Shown here one piece after another: positions 59,391-64,000 of a DNA stretch of 64,000 bases. The number at the start of each line of letters is the position of its first letter. The first letter of the stretch is position 1. Both the position numbers and the translations under genes were made by a program. Source of the DNA: Opitutales bacterium (GTDB taxonomy: Bacteria > Verrucomicrobiota > Verrucomicrobiia > Opitutales > PNEW01); the NCBI GenBank assembly GCA_965197745.1, contig CBDANS010000006.1, positions 320,001 to 384,000 of the forward strand, written 5' to 3'. The notes below the pieces were generated by a model. That model did not search any database. It was not told the origin of the DNA and saw only the letters and a list, made by a program, of their open reading frames with translations.

Positions 59391-60254
59391 CTACTCCGTG
59401 CTTTCAAGTGCCGGACTCTCTTGAGTATCGCTATTGTCGGTACCTCTATCAACCGCGTCTTCGTCCCCCTCATAAAACGCTTCGTCATCGAAGAACAGAT
59501 CATCTTCAAGCATAAATTCAATGGGTGGATTGCCATCGTGAATTTCAAATAACCTGTTATCACGGTAGGCTTCACGAACATAGATATAACGGTCGATGGC
59601 GGATTCATCGATGGTCTTAATGGTATCGATATGCCTTGCTCTGGTATTTAAAGATCCCGTCAAGCCAAGGGCAATTCTTACATCATTCTCATTGATGAAT
59701 ATGAGCGGATTTGTAATTGAACTGACAAACCGACTGGGTAAATCCCTAAGCGTAGTCGGTCCTGTCAATGGTATAACAAGATAAGGACCTTCCCCGAATC
59801 CCCATACAGCAAGGGTCTGGCCAAAATCTTCATGGTGCTTTTCCAAACCCATTGAGGTTCCTACGTCAATAATGCCTCCAATTCCTAAAGTTGAATTTAC
59901 GATAAAACGGAGGGAATCCGATACCCCAATATTCAGTTTACCCTGTAATAAATCGTTAACAATGACATTGGGTTCTCCCAGATTACTAAAAAAGTTCGAA
60001 ACCCCAGATTGTACCGGCTGGGGAATGACTTTAACATAAGTTTCCGCAACGGGTTTTAGAATAGCCGTGTCTAATGTATGATTCAAATTATGTATCGGCC
60101 GGTTGATCTTCTCAAGCGGATCACGGTTCTCTTTCACCTGTGCCGTGGTAGCGCAACCCGTGATATAAAAAACCAAAAAGAATAAGAATAATGAAAGAAG
60201 AGTGGAACGATAGAGTTGCCGACCGCCTTCTATGCAACGATTATAACCATACAT
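59391..60254 (-). CDS. mlaA: MlaA/VacJ family lipoprotein
   Basis: Lipobox ITGC, DPLEKINR, NFFSNL.EP, EDFGQTLAVWG..GPYLVIP..GPTTLRD, D.Y.YVREAY. Confidence 0.92.
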   Translation of the reverse strand: MYGYNRCIEGGRQLYRSTLLSLFLFFLVFYITGCATTAQVKENRDPLEKINRPIHNLNHTLDTAILKPVAETYVKVIPQPVQSGVSNFFSNLGEPNVIVNDLLQGKLNIGVSDSLRFIVNSTLGIGGIIDVGTSMGLEKHHEDFGQTLAVWGFGEGPYLVIPLTGPTTLRDLPSRFVSSITNPLIFINENDVRIALGLTGSLNTRARHIDTIKTIDESAIDRYIYVREAYRDNRLFEIHDGNPPIEFMLEDDLFFDDEAFYEGDEDAVDRGTDNSDTQESPALESTE

Positions 60255-60312
60255 GGCGTATAAAAATAGAGGGTAAATAAATTAAGTAATGCCAATAACT
60301 GTTAATGATTGT

Positions 60313-61002
60313 TTATGTCCCTTCTTCTTCCTGCTTTTGCCGGACTTCTTCGACTTTTTCCGTCAATTTAACCAGTAACGATTCGAAACCCTCTTTTTCA
60401 ATAATACTCGTAAACTCCGCCCTTTTCAGCGCAAGGTCGCTAACTCCTTTAACCAGGATATTGACGATTTGCCAATTGTTCTCAAATTGGCGTAATACGT
60501 AGTTAAAACGTGTAGAATCTACTCCATTCCCCCAGTAGAGATCAGAGATCAAAATAACGTTCCCTCGTTGCAGATTTTCTTCTGATACGAATTCGAAATA
60601 TTCGCCCTTATATTTCTTAAACATGGATGCGTAGCGGGAAACTACCACACTGCTGAATTTATCGACAAATAATTTTTTTTCTTCCTCGCTCAAATCTCTC
60701 CAGTATCGACCAACCGTCAAACGTGCGATGTAGGTAATCTGGTGCGTGTTCTTGATGACTGGCTCAAGCCGGTCATAGCGTCCCGCGTAGAGGATCTCGG
60801 GCCCTTCTTTCATAATATCGATCAATGTCGACTGCAATTCATCGACGACAGCGCTGGGATCTTCATTCGACTGCGCATGAAGAGAAGTATGGAATAATAT
60901 ACTCGTGAAGAGACAGATCAGCGGTAAAAAAACAGGCCAGAGAGTCGAAAGATTATGGTCATGATTTGACCTGTCATTTAAATATTCTAAAGATTTGCGC
61001 AC
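60313..61002 (-). CDS. hpnM: MlaC/Ttg2D family protein, HpnM-like
   Basis: RYDRLEPVI, VGRYWRDLS, WQIVNILVKGVSDLALKRAEFTSII; adjacent to hpnB/hpnH. Start uncertain. Confidence 0.75.
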   Translation of the reverse strand: MRKSLEYLNDRSNHDHNLSTLWPVFLPLICLFTSILFHTSLHAQSNEDPSAVVDELQSTLIDIMKEGPEILYAGRYDRLEPVIKNTHQITYIARLTVGRYWRDLSEEEKKLFVDKFSSVVVSRYASMFKKYKGEYFEFVSEENLQRGNVILISDLYWGNGVDSTRFNYVLRQFENNWQIVNILVKGVSDLALKRAEFTSIIEKEGFESLLVKLTEKVEEVRQKQEEEGT

Positions 61003-61157
61003 CTTCTAGCTTTTTTTATTTTTAAAAACATTTATATCTATAGGAGTAATAATTAAAGCAAATATTCGATCATATAATTACACATGACAATTTTGTAATG
61101 AATATTTTATATTTAATTCATAAATGGAATATTTCATTTCATTTAATAACGATGGAT

Positions 61158-62261
61158 TTATAGACTCTGCTTTTCCATTGAGATCGTACCCCCTTCCAAT
61201 AGCGTAAAGCTGAGTGCCAAGTATAAGAGCCCAATTAAGGGCAATGAAAATGCCCAGATCTTTGATCTATGATAAAAATTAAGGGTTGGTAAATAAGTTA
61301 AAAGCATGCCCAGCAAAGCACCGACAGCGAGATACCGAGCAAGCCCTGAAGAAGTAACGAGGATAACGATGGGGACGAAATAGACTAAAACCATGAATGC
61401 GGAAGTCAGGAGTAATAAAACGACCGAATAGCGCAATTGGGTAAAAGCAGTACGTGCTACCATATCCCAAATATCCTGTAAGTTCCGGTATGGTCGAACA
61501 CTACGAACCGATTGAGTTAATCCAATCCATGTTCTATAACCTGATGATTTAACTCGAGAAGCAAGGGAGCAATCGTCGATCAATTCACCTTTAATCGATT
61601 CAAAACCATTAACATTTTCTAATATGGCTGTTTTCATAAGAATACACCCACCGGCAGCGGCAGCCACCCTGGAAGTCGGTGAATTGGCCAACCTGAAGGG
61701 ATACAGTAGTTTGAAGAAATAGACAAAGGCGGGCATTAATAGTTTCTCCCAATAGCTTAACATCGAAGGTGTTACCATCAAGGACATGAAATGTATGTCC
61801 TTATTAATCAAGGTCTCCCGCATTTTATTAACAACTCCCGGGCCCAGTTCAATGTCGGCATCCAGCAATACCGTATAATCCGTATTTATCTCTTTACGCC
61901 CTTGTTCCAAGGCCCAGAGTTTACCCACCCATCCTTCAGGTAGTGGCTGACCGCTTATGATTAGCATGCCTTCTCCGACTTCATTTCGAGCGATGTCAGC
62001 TGTCCCATCCGTTGATTCATCATCAACGAGTATAATATTTATCCCGCTCCCCTGATTGATGACAGATTGAAGCGTGCGTTTAATTACAGCTGTTTCATTG
62101 CGGGCGGGGATAAGTACAGTAACGTCCCCCAGTTCCGGATCAATTTCTGATTCCTGTGCATAAAATATCTCGCCTGTTTTCCATGGTTGCCAGGGTAATA
62201 ATAAAATAACGAACCAAATAAGCAGGGCACTTCCCGCGAGAATAAATGTAAAAGTCTCCAT
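61158..62261 (-). CDS. hpnB: Hopene-associated glycosyltransferase HpnB (GT2); extreme C-terminus frameshifted
   Basis: IPARNE, VDDESTDGT, LPEGWVGKLWALEQG, DADI, PAFVYFF.LLYPF, AAAAGGC, LIDDCSLA, WDMVARTAFTQLRYS. Confidence 0.88.
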   Translation of the reverse strand: METFTFILAGSALLIWFVILLLPWQPWKTGEIFYAQESEIDPELGDVTVLIPARNETAVIKRTLQSVINQGSGINIILVDDESTDGTADIARNEVGEGMLIISGQPLPEGWVGKLWALEQGRKEINTDYTVLLDADIELGPGVVNKMRETLINKDIHFMSLMVTPSMLSYWEKLLMPAFVYFFKLLYPFRLANSPTSRVAAAAGGCILMKTAILENVNGFESIKGELIDDCSLASRVKSSGYRTWIGLTQSVRSVRPYRNLQDIWDMVARTAFTQLRYSVVLLLLTSAFMVLVYFVPIVILVTSSGLARYLAVGALLGMLLTYLPTLNFYHRSKIWAFSLPLIGLLYLALSFTLLEGGTISMEKQSL

Positions 62262-62474
62262 CTTGAAAAATAGAATTGATCATTGAACGATCCCTTATGG
62301 TTAGACAAGGATTTGTAGATAAAATCCTAAACTACCTGAGATGAGAATGAGATACTATGCTTATTTATGCAAGGTCCCGTTAGCATTGCTATGCAGTGTC
62401 ACCCTCACCAAATTTTCCCTGGGAAGACTTTTGTCCCCTTTACTCAATGGCAATTGTAATTTGGCCTGGAACGA

Positions 62475-63539
62475 CTAATTAGACTCCACCCCATATTGGA
62501 TGGGAAGTTCCGGAGCCATCGGACCCTCTGTCCTGGGACCCTGAATAAATTTTCTTAATGCTTTAATTGGATGGGCAAAGGTGTCGTTAACAGCAGTGGG
62601 CTCATAACCACAATGGGCCATACAATTAGCACAGCTGGGGTTTTTTCCGGTACCGTATTTATCCCAATTGGTATCTTCCATTAACGACTTAAAATCAGGT
62701 GCGTAACCCTCATCTACCAATAAGTAACAGGGGCGTTGCCACCCAAAAACATTGCGCGTTGGATTTCCCCATGGAGTACAATGATAGGTTTCATTACCTG
62801 CGAGAAATTCAAGAAACAGTGTGGAATGATTAAGTCTCCATTTCCTACCCACACCATTTTTAAATATATCTCTAAAAAGTTGCTTACTCGCATTGCGCTG
62901 CATGAAAACTTCCTGTTGCGGTGCGTGATCATAACTGAATCCGGGTGACATCGTCACGCCTTCGATACCCAGGGTCATTACATAATCGAGGAACTCAGCT
63001 ACTTCAACTCCCGTTTCCCCCTGAAATAGGGTACAGTTAATATTGACACGAAAACCTTTACCAACCGCCAGTTTTATCGCGTCTACCGCCTGGTCAAAGA
63101 CACCCGTCTTGCAAACGGAGGTGTCATGCCGTGCTCGGTTACCATCTAGATGGATAGAAAAAGTCAAATAAGGCGAGGGGGTGTAATCATCTATGCGCTT
63201 TTTAAGCAGCACCGCATTGGTACATAAATAAACAAATTTCTTCTTTTTAATAAAACCACTTACAATATCGGGTAATTCTTTATGTACGAGGGGTTCTCCT
63301 CCGGCAATTGAGATGATGGGGGCTCCGCATTCGTCGATCGCTTCCATACATTCTTTAACCGACATGCGACGGTTGAGAATTTCGTCGGGATAATCTATCT
63401 TACCGCACCCGGCACATGCAAGATTGCAACGGAAGAGCGGTTCGAGCATTAGAACCAGCGGATACCGTTTCTCACGACGGAGTTTCTTACTTATAATATA
63501 ACGTGCTACGCTATATTGTTGACGCAGTGGTACACCCAT
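62475..63539 (-). CDS. hpnH: Adenosylhopane synthase, radical SAM
   Basis: YPLVLMLEPLFRCNLACAGCGKIDYP, CTPWGNPTRNVFGWQRPCYLL, CANCMAHCGYE. Confidence 0.95.
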   Translation of the reverse strand: MGVPLRQQYSVARYIISKKLRREKRYPLVLMLEPLFRCNLACAGCGKIDYPDEILNRRMSVKECMEAIDECGAPIISIAGGEPLVHKELPDIVSGFIKKKKFVYLCTNAVLLKKRIDDYTPSPYLTFSIHLDGNRARHDTSVCKTGVFDQAVDAIKLAVGKGFRVNINCTLFQGETGVEVAEFLDYVMTLGIEGVTMSPGFSYDHAPQQEVFMQRNASKQLFRDIFKNGVGRKWRLNHSTLFLEFLAGNETYHCTPWGNPTRNVFGWQRPCYLLVDEGYAPDFKSLMEDTNWDKYGTGKNPSCANCMAHCGYEPTAVNDTFAHPIKALRKFIQGPRTEGPMAPELPIQYGVESN

Positions 63540-63565
63540 TTTTTTTACCTTATTTTGCCATGAAC

Positions 63566-64000
63566 TTAGCTGTCATTTTTTACTAAGCCATTTTTTCTAA
63601 GAGACATAGGCAAGGGGAAAGTGACTCCCTCGGGTTCGCTTTCCATGTCAATTATATTAGAAACACCAAATTGCTGTAGTTTATCGAGAACTTCCTGAAC
63701 AAGCACTTCCGGCGCCGAGGCACCCGCGGTCAAACCCACACGAGGGCTTTTATTAAACCATGATTTATCCAGATCCTCAGCATCTTGTACTAGATAGGCT
63801 TCGAGCCCATTTTTCTCACCGACTTCTCGCAAACGAGTGGAATTGGAACTGTTTCTCGCGCCGACGACTATAAGTAAATCGATATCGTCCATCATTTGTT
63901 TTACTGCCGTCTGCCGATTCTGAGTTGCGTAACAGATATCATCTTTACGCGGACCGCCGATAGCGGGAAATCGCTTTCTCAAAGCATCAATTATCTGTTT
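63566..64000 (-). CDS. ispH: 4-hydroxy-3-methylbut-2-enyl diphosphate reductase (5'-truncated by window edge)
   Basis: DDICYATQNRQ, VGARNSSNS, TAGASAPE; frame is open to position 64000. Confidence 0.95.
   Translation of the reverse strand, partial: KQIIDALRKRFPAIGGPRKDDICYATQNRQTAVKQMMDDIDLLIVVGARNSSNSTRLREVGEKNGLEAYLVQDAEDLDKSWFNKSPRVGLTAGASAPEVLVQEVLDKLQQFGVSNIIDMESEPEGVTFPLPMSLRKNGLVKNDS

Noticed and set aside
14..63982. Remaining short ORFs overlapping the called genes (for example 26697..27191, 34132..34674, 48618..49058)
   Set aside because: Antisense or alternate-frame shadows of well-supported genes with no recognisable motifs.

Overview
Bacterial chromosome segment, probably Verrucomicrobiota/Opitutales-like (an inference from protein-module style, not from a marker gene). 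It has four parts. (i) 1-10.3 kb is an accessory flank: a double methyltransferase, tRNA-Gly, an orphan pilin, HpnA-like and 3-beta-HSD-like epimerases, a CDP-alcohol phosphotransferase and a modular Ig-containing secreted protein. (ii) 10.5-33.8 kb is mostly housekeeping: rsmE, rsmD, folA, purB, pfk, two tRNA-Glu, purC, rpmH-rnpA-yidD-yidC-yebC, grpE-dnaJ-rfaE2-prmA, manA, ftsK, rodZ-like and nfeD-nfeD-floA. (iii) 33.8-59.2 kb is catabolic/transport: dgoD, tRNA-Asn with linked repeats, a sugar-binding protein broken by an in-frame TAG, a DUF3179 protein, a 14.6-kb uncharacterised cluster (aminotransferase, dehydrogenase, two M24 hydrolases, 2OG oxygenase, ABC importer with twin binding proteins) and a Kelch-SSS symporter fusion. 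(iv) 59.4-64 kb is a hopanoid cluster (ispH-hpnH-hpnB-hpnM-mlaA). No CRISPR array, transposase, integrase or phage gene was seen. The intergenic DNA carries several distinct short repeat/palindrome families, and three accessory genes carry single reading-frame lesions. All product calls are by motif recognition only; no database search was run.
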